Source: Chiloscyllium plagiosum (Eukaryota). Taken from it: a stretch of 64,000 bases of DNA. This document shows, in pieces, positions 27,101 through 39,100 of this stretch; the first letter of the stretch is position 1; each line of letters starts with the position of its first letter. The notes under the pieces are model-generated. The model had not been told where the DNA came from and did not search any database. It was given only the letters and a program-made list of their open reading frames with translations. Made by a program: the position numbers and the translations under genes. The DNA lies in assembly GCF_004010195.1 (NCBI RefSeq), contig NC_057719.1:14072364-14136363 (forward strand), given 5' to 3'.

Positions 27101-30100
27101 TTTGAGAGTCAGACCTTGGTAGTCATTATCTTATCAAGTTGGTCAGAGGTGAACAAGGAAGGATTTGTATGTAGTGTCTTTGACACCACTTTGCACAGAG
27201 AATACAAATATTTCCAAAAAAAAAGCAGTCAATGTGTTTTCTATGCAGCAGTTAAGTTACACCTAGGTGCAAAAAAAAAGGTTCATCTGAATTGGTACGG
27301 AGGTGGAAGATAAACTTGGCTTTCCCAATCGAATTGCTCTACTCTTTTTCAGTTAATGCTACAAACTACTTTACACCCACATGAAACAGGTAGGAACTCA
27401 TCTGAAAGATAAGGTGGCTTTGTCTAATTCTTACACAGCAAGAGAGAAACTGTTTGCCCAGCTGAATCATTAAGATGCAAAAAAAACCCTTAAAAATTAA
27501 AAACTAAAGAACTGTGTAGGGACAAAAATTACTTTTGCTCTTCCTTATCACAATGCAACAACTTAATTGCTTTGGCTTTCACTATCAATACTGTTCAGAA
27601 CAGTGTGTTTTGGGTTTTCTCGTACATAGCAACATTTCAACTCCCAAAAAGTAAAATGTAACTGTAAATTGGAGGCATATCACAAATATATGACCTTCCA
27701 ACCTACATCATTACAACAGATGATTTGTTTGTTATCTTGCTATTCTACTTGGGAGCTTGTTGTACGCAAACTGGTTGTTTCATTTCCAAGTCAGTTATCA
27801 AAGGCTTTGGAACATCATAAGTTAGTGAAAGGCACTAATAACAGTTTTGATTTTTATCTTATAATTTCTTTGTCTTTTTTTATCCACTTCAAGTCTTAGT
27901 TTTCACTTCCAGTAACCAATGTTGCACTATAAGCTTGCGTTTTGAAGTATTTTCATTACACCATTAACTCTAAAGCTCTAACATTTGGTGTAATTAATTA
28001 TGTAGGCATAAATTGATAAATCCCAAACTAAAGTTTCCTAAATAGTGATGAATTTGTAAACCATCCATCCAAAATGTCTACTCTGAAGTACACTTAATAT
28101 TCAGAAACCCCCAAAGTAAGTCCTATCCCAAAACAAAGAACAAACTTTGATCGAATTTTTAAAATCATTTGTGAGATGTGACTTCTGTTGTGCCTTTTTT
28201 AATGTCCATCCTAACTGCCCTTCAAAAGCTGGCACTGACATTTTTGTGAACCACTGCAAGTCTATGTTGTGTTGTTGTACACCCACAGTGCTGTTACAAT
28301 GGTCCATTTAGAAATTGGCATCCATTTGGATTTACGCTCAAAATACAGATGCAAACACAGCAGCTTCCTCTCCACTATACCTTACTCACTATGCCCCAAA
28401 ATAAGGCCACAGATAGCTTTCTCCTTTCATTTACCATTCAGACAGTATCTTTTCATATTTCAATGTGAACTAAGATCTGCAAACCTATTGTCAATGGCTT
28501 TACCCTAATAAATTTCTTCAACTGTTACAACCTTAGGTGAAAAGAATCACTTGCACTTAAGTAGAATTCCCACAACCCAGTCTCTACTCCTGTCCTACAC
28601 GATGGGCTGTTTTGCCCATGCTGGTCAGATCCAAGAAGAAATGAACTAAACTAGCTGATTTCCTCTTTACTGGCATAATTTTTTCTTTAACAACTTCTAA
28701 AAGCCCAAATAGTTCCAAGACTTGAGGATTGGAAGTGAATTTTATTGCTCACATTTATTTCTAAAGAGTACAACTTGGAAATTTGAATGACACTTTTCAG
28801 TTAAGTGCACTATGTTTTAAATATTTTGTAACGAAGGAAAAATGAGAGACAATATACCAGAAAAAGGATGTCCCTAGCCATTGACCAGTTGGTCTATTTT
28901 AAAAATCGATATTACCCAGTCTTAGAACTTGTGTTTTTTTTTTGCTATTTGAGTCCTGAAATCTAGACTCTCCTTTCTAAGCATTTTTTTAAAAAAAATG
29001 ATTTTGTTGAATGTGCACAACACCAGCAAGGCTGCACTAACTGTTTATCCCCCAAGACACAAATGGCTGCTGTGACATTTAAGACAGAATGGATACCAAT
29101 GGGATATTAGTTAACCAACTGGATTTTGAAGCAATCTGGCAGGTTTCAAGGATCATTTCTAATGCAACCTCACAAATAGCAAAATTTATTGAATTCAATT
29201 TCACAACTTGCTGATAAGTTGGAATTTGAAGTAACTGAACTTTGCATCACAGTATAATTGCTAGACAATTACAAGACTTGTTTTAAATTTTCCACGAACT
29301 CCAAACATTGAAACTGTCTATTTTCATGGTCATCTGACAACATATAAATTACTTTAAGTTTAGTATCTATTGGTTATCACCTTTTAGTTTACATGCCCTT
29401 TCTCCTGTTAGTTTTATCTTTAATAATGTTCCATTCTCTAGGCAATTGTCCGTTATCTTGGCTTCTTAGATTTAATAAAAAAGGAAATGCTGACTAGTGA
29501 AAGATGGCAGAAATCCTGGAGTTTCAAACATTAACCTTTAGCTCAATGAACATTCATTCAAATGTAAACTCATGGTTAGCAGGTTCACAATGCAATATCC
29601 TACAGGTTTTCAAACTGAAAAAAAAAGTTTTTAGACCATAACAATTAGGAGCAGGAGTAGGCATTTCAGTCACTTGAGCTTGATCTGCCATTTAATATGT
29701 TCATAGCTGATCTCACGGCAGCCTTAACTGCACTTTCCTGCCTGCTCCTGAGAAAGCCTTACACATATACTAAGGAAATGCAGGAAAGCGCTTGACCACA
29801 GTGGCGGGTGGGGGCATTTGTTCAAAATAACTAAGGGCATCTGCTCTTAGCATTAATGGATAGGTGTAAATAAGGTGATAACATTTGTTCACTTGTGGAA
29901 ATGTGTGGCAGTACTTCCTTCTCACCCAGTGGTCTGGAGGCACGCATATTTCACAGTTGAATGTCTGATAACTAAATTTCTGGTTTATAATCAAAGACTC
30001 TTAATAAACTCATACTCCATAGGAGAAGAACTTGTAATTTTATATGCTGAGTGGAATATGCACGTAATAGAACAATCCTGATATATTTTCATGTATAGGC

Positions 30101-33100
30101 AGAAGTGGGTGCTGCAGATGCTAGAGATTAGAGTGGTGCCGGAAAAGCACAGCAGGTCAGGCACCATCAGAGGAGCTGGAAAATCGGTGTTTCGGGGAAA
30201 AGCCTTTCATCGGGAATGATGAAGGGCTTTTGCCAGAAATGTCAATTTTCCTGCTCCTCGGATGCTGCCTGACCTGCTGTGCTTTTCCAGCACCACTTTA
30301 ATCTTGACATTTTCATGTATACCACATTGAGGAAATTTGAATTGATGAAGCTCAGCTTGTTTGCAGCAATAACGGGAGTAGCCCGAGAGAGAGCCCTTGG
30401 AGGTAGGATCTGGTGCCATTATTCTGCTAACGGTTTTAGAAACTTAACTTAAGCCTGGCATATTGGTATGTTATAATGTAACATTGATGCCAACAGTAAA
30501 TAAAAGGTAATAACTTAAACTGAACTGTCTATAAGAGTTTTACATTCCAAACTGCCAGAGTACAGAGTATAATCTCTGGGAGGAACTAAGAGAGGCTTAC
30601 AGGTGGAGTCCATTAGGGGTTCCCTGAGCCGTCTCGAATAGCTACTTTAGCACCCCTCATAATCCTTTAACCGGTTAGTGAAAAATCTGTCTGTTTATCT
30701 CCTCCTTAAATTTAGTGTCTCGGCATCCTCCCACAGTCCAAAGATGTGCAGGTTAGGTGAATCGGTCATGCTAAATTGCCCGTAGTGTTAGGCGAAGGGG
30801 TAAATGTAGGGGAATGGGTCTGGCTGGGTTGCTCTTTGGAGGGTCGGTGTGGACTTGTTGGGCCAAAGGGCCTGTTTCCACACTGTAAGTAATCTAATGT
30901 AATCTAATCCACCTCACTCTAGTGTAGTGAATTCTACAGATTCACAACTCTTGAGAGAGAAGTAATTCCTTCTCAACTGTTTTAAATCTTCCATCCCTCA
31001 GCCTAAGACTATGATCCCTCATTCTAGATTGCTCCATAAGGGGAAATAGCCAATCAGTGACTCCTTTGTCAATCACTGTTAGCATTTTATATACCTCAAT
31101 TAGATCTGCTCTCACCCTTCTAAACTCTAGCAAGTATATTTCTAAACTGCTCAATTTCTCTGAAGACACGTCGGGAAAGAATCTAATAACCAGCCCTTAA
31201 CTTTCTACAATGCAATTACATCATTCCTCTAGTCAGGGAACCTAAACTGTGTGGATTACTCCTGATGTGGTCTCACCATATCCTGTACAGTTACAGCAGC
31301 CCTCCTCTACCTTTATACTACATTTCTTTATTAATTAATGCCCTTTAGTAATTAATATTCCTACAATACCTGCATACTAGCTTTCTGTACTGAAAGACTC
31401 TGAAATTTCTCTTTAAGTTGCCTTTTTATTCTTCCAATATCCCAAATATTGGCCTATTCATCTAACCTATCCATATGTAATTTTCTTACTTTTTCATTGC
31501 AACTTACTTCGACATGATTTTAGTGTCATTTTCAAATTTGGCTAGAGTACATACATCCTATCCCTGCATCCAAGTCATTATTATATATTGTAAATAGTTG
31601 AAACCCTGAGGACTCTCAATAGCACCCAACTAGTTACTGCATGGAACCTGAAAAAGACCCATTTATTCTGACTCTCTACTTTGTTGGATAGCCAACCCTC
31701 ATCCAAGCTAATAAATTATTGTGGCACGATGGTATTGTCCCTACCTCTGAGCAAGGAGGTCCGAGTTCAAGTTTCACCTGCTCCAGAAGTGAGGGATAAC
31801 ATCTGAGCAGGCTATTGTAGAAGTAAATAAATTGACTATACACCCCATGCGATTTTACTTTGTGTATTAACTTTTTGTGTGGCACCTTATAAATGAATCT
31901 ACATATACATCTACAAGGCCCCTTCCCTTATCTACTTTGTTACAACTTTGAAAAATTCTAGCAAATTACTCAAAACATAATTTACCCTTCATAAAACCAT
32001 ATGGAGTCTGATGGGATTGTGTTATCCTGTTATTACTTCCAGATATAGACTAATTGGTCTATATAGTTTCCTACCTTCCGCTTTCCTCCCTTTTTGAATA
32101 AAGTATTATATTAACATTTTTCCGAAACCATCCTAGAAGCCAGAGAATTCTGAAATACTATCACCATTGCATCCACAATCTCTGCTACCACTTCTTTAAT
32201 ACTTTTGAATTCATACATATCTGCACTTTAAGCAGCGTAATTAGATAAAAAAACTACATAAGATGAAATGCAATAAGAATTCAATTCTATACACTCCCAA
32301 ACTCACAGTTGGAAACAAGTGGACAGAAAACTACAATACGATTTTATTTTCCCCTTTACAACAATATTAAACCTACGGGCAGTGGTACAGTACTCCATTG
32401 AGAAGGCATTCTCATACAGTTTGGGTCATGACAATGCATGGCAGCACAACAATGTACGAGCAATGCTTGAGCAAGCCTGAGAGCTGGAACCAATTTAAAT
32501 GCAAATATTAACAATGCGCAAGGATGAGTGTAAATAAGCATTCAAGTAGAAAGACTGTTCCTGGTCAGGTTAGGTGAATTGACCAAGCTAAAACTACCCA
32601 TAGGGTTCAGTAGGTAGGTGCATTAATCAGGGGAATTGGGCTGGGTGGGTTACTCTTTGGAGGGTCAGCGTGGACTTGTTGGGCCGAAGAGCATGTTTCC
32701 ATGGATTCGTGAACTGTGGTTGAAATATTACAGTTTGATTAGGTGAGATTACTTAGTGTGGAAAGAGGACCTTCGGCTCAATAAGTCCACACCGACCTGC
32801 CGAAGCACAACCCACCCGGACCCATTCCCCGACATTTACCTAACACTACGGGCAATTTACATGGCCAATTCACCTAACCCGCACATTTTTGGGCTGTGGG
32901 AGGAAACCGGAGCACCCGGAGGGGACCCACGCAGACATGGGGAGAATGCGCAAACTCCACACAGTCAGTCGCCTGAGGCGGGAATTGAACCCGGGTCTCT
33001 GGGCTAACCACTGTGCCACCGTGGAACCTTTTTAAGGTAAATTTGAACTAAGTTCTTGCAGCTTTTAAAATATCTCATCCCTTTTGACTACATAATGCTG

Positions 33101-36100
33101 AAAACAGATCTATTAAAACTCCGTTTTTTTTAAGCGACTGCAACATTGAGCAACTACACTAAAAATTCAAGTTTGCATTCTTGCATTTGTAGTGTTGAAG
33201 GTCAAGTGATAAAGCTGTGTTAAATGTAAACCAAGGTCAGTTAGGGGTTCCAATTCAGAATATCAAATTTAATGTGCGTCATTTTATCAATTCCAACAAA
33301 TGTTGTGACTTCTTATATTTAAGTGAATGACTTGTAATGCGGAACCATTTAAAAAAAAATTAAAACACTAGTTCATAGTTCACATTGGTTTAAAATTATT
33401 CTTTTGAAATCAGTTGCAAAAATAATCCATGTACATGTATTATTGCTAACATTTGCGATAATGGTTTTATTTTAACAAAAAACATACCAACTATTGTCAA
33501 AGCTCCATCAAACAGGTATAATGGTGACAGAAATGGTCAGACAGATGACTAGTCAGTTTAATTAGAGTTGTAAGGTACTGTCAAACTATTATATGACTTG
33601 TTCAACCAAGATAAATGTATAAACAAGAAATACAAGTTCCGCATGCATTTGATGGATTTGAATCCAAATAGAAATTTGAAATCCTGACTTAGTTCTTTTA
33701 TCAATGATGGCCCATTGAAAACGCTAATACCTAATAGAGGAATATACAGGTGTGGAGGATTTTCACTAAAAAGTCATAGATCGAAAACATTATACAGAAT
33801 TTTGTTGGAGGTGCTGAGGTTCTCTCCAGTGGCTTAGAAAACTGATGAAAACTCCATGTTGTTTCTTCCAAGAAGCCCTTCTGAACCATGTCATCAGGTA
33901 GTGGTGAGGCCACCAGTGGAAACAAGACCTTTGAGATGAGAAGTCCCAACCAGTAAAACCTGCTTGGTGAAATATTAGCAACTTGACCTCAGCAGCTTCA
34001 CGAAACAGGCTGCAGTGCTGACGGAAGACCAACCTCCCCCACAGATACAGGTCTCTGAAGTACCCAGGCCACAGCTAAAGTTAGAATAAAAAGGTTGTCA
34101 GTTGGGAAGTCATGGGGAAAACAAACGAAAAAAGGGTAGTGGAGTCAAAAGCAAGGTTGGTGAGGATTAGCTCCCAGTAGCTGTAACAAACTGAAGGCAG
34201 AATACAACAGTGAGGTTCTGAGAGAGTTATAGGGACAAAGGGCCAGACTTAACAACTGCTGAACAATTCATTCAAGCACTGCTAACAGTTCCCTGTTGCT
34301 TTTATTCACTAGTGTGGTTTGGGCACTGCCAGCCAGCGTTTAGTGACCACCCCTCATTGCCCATGAGAAGGTGGTAGTGAGCTGCCTGCTTGAAACCCTG
34401 CAGCCCATGTGTTGTAGGTTGGCCCACAATATCAATAGGGAGGAAACTACTGGATTTTGAAGCAATGACAGTGAAGCATTGGTGATATATTTCCAAGCCA
34501 TGACAGTGAGTGGCTTGGAGGGAAACTTGCAGGTGGTGGTGTTCCCTAGCACCGCTGCCCTTTCCTTCTTGTTGGAAGTGGTCGTAGATTTAAGGCACAG
34601 TCTAACGACTTTGAGTATTTGAATGTCACCCAACATTCTCTTGTTAATGGCATTGTTGATCCTGCTGTTCATTTTGATGCTGCGCTCTTTGATGAAAGTC
34701 CTTAGAGTGACCTGAGGACACTCATCAAATCGATTAGAAGTTGTTTGACAGCATGAACACAGGCTCTTCAGCTTATGCCCAGCCTGAAGAAGGGCTTATG
34801 CCCGAAACGTCGATTCTCCTGTTCCCTGGATGCTGCCTGACCTGCTGCGCTTTTCCAGCAACACATTTTCAGCACCTATCTACTCTAGTCCCACTTTTCA
34901 GCACTTTTAAAAAAAAAAATTCATTCACAAGAAAAAAGGACACCACTGGTGAGGACAACATTTTAGATGTCCATTTTAGAAGGCAGGTAAAAGTCAAACA
35001 GATTGCTATGTATCTGGAGTCACATGTAGACCAGGTAAAGATGGCAGTTTCCTTAAAGGAAGCATTAGTGAATCAGATGGGGGAAATTTTTTCCCCGCAT
35101 CCAATAATCGACAATGGATTCATGGTCATCATTAGATCTTAATTGCAGATTTTTTTTATTGAATTCAAATTCCACTATCTGTCATGTGGGTTTTGAATAT
35201 TATCTGGGGATCTGGATTAACTGTTTAGATTCCCTACAGTATGGAAACAGGCCCTTCAGCCCAACAAGTCCACACTGACTCTCCGAAGAGCATCCCACCT
35301 AAACCCATTCCCCTACATTTATCCCTGACTAATGCACCTAACACTATGGGAAATTTAGCCTGGCCAATTCACCTGACCTGCACATCTTTGGACTGTGGGA
35401 GGAAACCAGAGCACACGGAGGAAACCCACGCAGACACAGGGAGAATGTGCAAACTCCACACAGACTGTTGCCAGAGGTGGGAATTGAACTCAGTTCCCTG
35501 GCACTGTTCCCTAGCCTTGCATGCAATTTCACTTTAAGTGATCATCTAAATATTTCTGTATTGTGGTGATAGATCCCACTTCTACTTTTTATTTTTTAGG
35601 CAAGGAGTTCCAGATACCCACCAACTTTGGATGAAAAAAAATCCTTAAATCCCCTCTAAACCTTTCTGCCCTTTAATCTTAAATCTATGCTGACTCGTTA
35701 TTGATCTCTAGACAAAAGGGAAATGTTTCTTCCTATCTACCCTGTCTATTCCGTTTGTCATTTTGTAAACTTTAAGTCAGATCCTCCTGTCAGCCTTCCC
35801 TGCTTTGGAGGAAAACATCCCGAAGCTGTTTAGTCCCTCTTCAGATTGAGCCAAGATAACATCTTGCACACTCTAGCGCAATTATAACCTTCCTGTAGTA
35901 AGGTGATCAGTCCTTCACACACTCCTCCCTCTGTGGCTTGACTTAACTTCTCTGCTCTTGTATTCACTAATAAAGACAAGTATCCCATATGCCTTTGTAA
36001 CCTCCTAAATCTACCAAATCTTGCTGCCCTCAAAATCTACAGATGTACACCAAGGTACCTCTCATCCTCTGTACAGGTCATTCTGCTATAACATACGTTT

Positions 36101-39100
36101 CACTAATACACAATTGACGAACTGGGACACAGTTTCTAAAGTGTGAACTTTTAAAGCATGTCCTCATTAGAACATGATTCTAGCCCCATTAATTTAAATG
36201 GCACTGTTTTTACACAATTTTTTAATAAACAGGATTGTACAAGAACACAACTACCATGTTATAGCAGAACTGACTGTACTTCATCGGGTACTACAATCCC
36301 TTGCTTTATTAGGCCTCACAAAATGCATGAGCTGAAAATGTGTTGCTGGAAAAGCGCATCAGGTCAGGCAGCATCCAAGGAACAGGAGAATCGATGTTTC
36401 GGGCATGAGCCCTTCTTCAGGAATCCTCACAAAATGCATCACTAGATAATTTTCAAAATCAAATTCTATTTGCTATTATTCTGAACTTCTGGCCAGCCCA
36501 GCCAAATCATCCTTTCTAGTCTAAGGCTTTCCTCGTTGCTACTTACCACACTACCAATTTTCAAGTTATTTGCAAACATACTAATTAAATCTGTCAGACC
36601 ATGTCTAATTCATTAATCCATACTGCAACAGAAAGGGACCCTTGTGGTATGCCATTTGTCACAAGCTTCCAGTCACAAAAACAACCTTGACCATCAACCC
36701 TGCCTCTAAGCCAATTTTGGATCTAAGCTGCCCTGGATCTATGAGCTCTTCTTGACTAGTCTCCCATGCAAGACCTCATCACAAGCCATACTGAAGTTCA
36801 GGTAGAATACACACTCTGCACAACCCTCGTCCATACATCTAAGTTACCTCCTTGGAAAACTCTTACCAGTTTATTTTTATCAAAACTTGATTGGATAGAA
36901 ATGTTCCAGCACAGTTTCTTCTTCTGGTCATTGAACAGTTTGTCACCAAGGGATGCAAGCAAATACAGCATGCCAGCCTTATCCACTTCACCAGGGCCAG
37001 CCTGCCTTGCCAATGATTTCATGGAGAATTTTATGGACGTCACGAGATTCTTCTTGGCCAATGACACACTCAGGCCACAGTCTCCACCAAACATCTTTCC
37101 TACAAGTCGACATGACTTTAGTATCACTGATTTCATGATATGATGATGCCCTTATGACGTTACCATTTCAACATTTCTTGTCTGGTGGTACATTCTTACC
37201 ATCCTTTGTACTCATGAGTTGGGGGAAGGTACGATGAAGGCAATTGGTGATGAATTTTCACATTGCTTACTGTGCCAATGATGTTGACAGGAAAAACAAC
37301 TTCATGTTTTCAGACACTTCAACAAGGCTGATGAGATAATCTAGGCAGTTCGTTTACAGGAACAATACTTTGAAGGTAATATTTTCAGGCACAATATGCC
37401 CTCCAGGAGGAATGGTATACAGACAACCCTTTTGTTGGGGTAGCCTCTCAATGCCTGTGGTATCCTGGATTGGTATAGCACTAATAGATGACATTTAACA
37501 TTGTTTTGTTTGGTGGGATTACTGTAGGTAGTCAGCTAACATATGACTGCTCCTGGCAATTTTATCTCCTTTTGCAACATTCACTGGGGCACACAATTCC
37601 AAAAAAGTCTCTATTTAATCAACGTTGAGAATTTATTTTGCTGACTAGCCATTTTTTCCAATGATTCCATTCCAATTGAAAGGACATCCATCAACTGCTC
37701 CTATATCAGCACTAGCATGCCTTGTGAGAAAGCTAATGTGTGTACTTTTCCTGAAACAATTGAACCATTCAAGATTAGCAGCGAAACTGACTGGATTCAT
37801 ACACTGCTCATTCGGCAAGATCTTATGCAGGTTTTGTTTTCCTCTGATCACCAAACTAAGATATCTGAATTAGTTTCAACCTTTGATTCAGAAAGCCAAG
37901 AGTCTTTCCACATTCTCCATAATGTTGCTTTCAAACCAACGCACCCCACCAATTTTCTCAGCATTGCCACAAATTGTTCTCACTGTCAGGGACTAGCCCA
38001 GGTCTCTGGCAGGTCATTCTCCTGCTTAAGGCATCTGATGACAGCTAGTCTTACTTTGAGGTATTTGGATTTTCATGATCATTTTGCATCCAGCAGCTTA
38101 GTATCACCACTGGTTAGGTATTTATGGCTCACATTGAAAAGGGATTGCAGCACAAGTTTGGAATAAGGGATTTTAAATTAGCTCTCTGCCTCACTTGTTC
38201 TTCCACTGATTTAAAGTGGCTCCTTGCTCATGTACAGTGGACAAAGCAGCCACCAGAAGAATCATATTTATGTTCTGCACTATAAAGCTTCTTGCTGTAG
38301 AAGATTCTGTGTAATACTAATTGTTCTGTGCAGAAGAAACAACTCAAAAGTCTTCAAATTAAAATGAAGATCTACAAAATGTCACAAAACCTCTATGGTA
38401 CAATGTTCCTTCAAAATGGCAAAACATCACCTTTCACAGGGCCAGACGCGCAAAATCAAAGTTTTGTTGCTGACAGATGTACACAATCGCTTTAAAGTCC
38501 CCGTTACTTTAAAAATAGAGACCGTAACTTTTCTAAAAGAGAAATAGGACCTAAACACAAAAAACTTTGTTAAAATGAAACCAGACAACTTCAAACATGA
38601 AGTACCTGCACACAATGGAACAAGCATTTCCAGGAAGTTCCACAAGTTTTTCTGAGAGACAACTGAAAACAGGCTGCTGTCTCCATTTTCACCCTCTGAA
38701 GGGTTGGGACCAGGTTTCCACAGAAACAGCCACAGCAAGAAATCAAGAACCTTCAATAACTGACATGCATAGCTGCCATTTAAGAGTGAGGTCCAGCAGC
38801 ACCTTTTCAAGAGCAACCAGAGATGGGCAATAAATGTTAGTCAAGTCAGTGATGTCCGCACTTCATGAGTGAATTTATAAAAAAGCACTGTGACTGCACC
38901 AATAAACAAACTAATTTTACTGCTCAAAGACAACCAAAGAACTCTAAGCCATGTTTTATTTTAGGATAAAATAATAAAAGAACTGCAGCTGTTGGAAATC
39001 TGAAACAAAAACAGAAATTGGACTTGATATGTTAACTGTGCTTTTCTTAAAGAAAAATGCTACCAAACCTACTGAATTTCTTCAATTAGTTTTTGTATTA

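Noticed and set aside
34035..34075. - strand acceptor TTTTTATTCTAACTTTAG with a possible 41-nt cassette exon in ISCA2 intron 1
   Set aside because: The donor is weak, the exon would frameshift, and there is no homology or transcript evidence.
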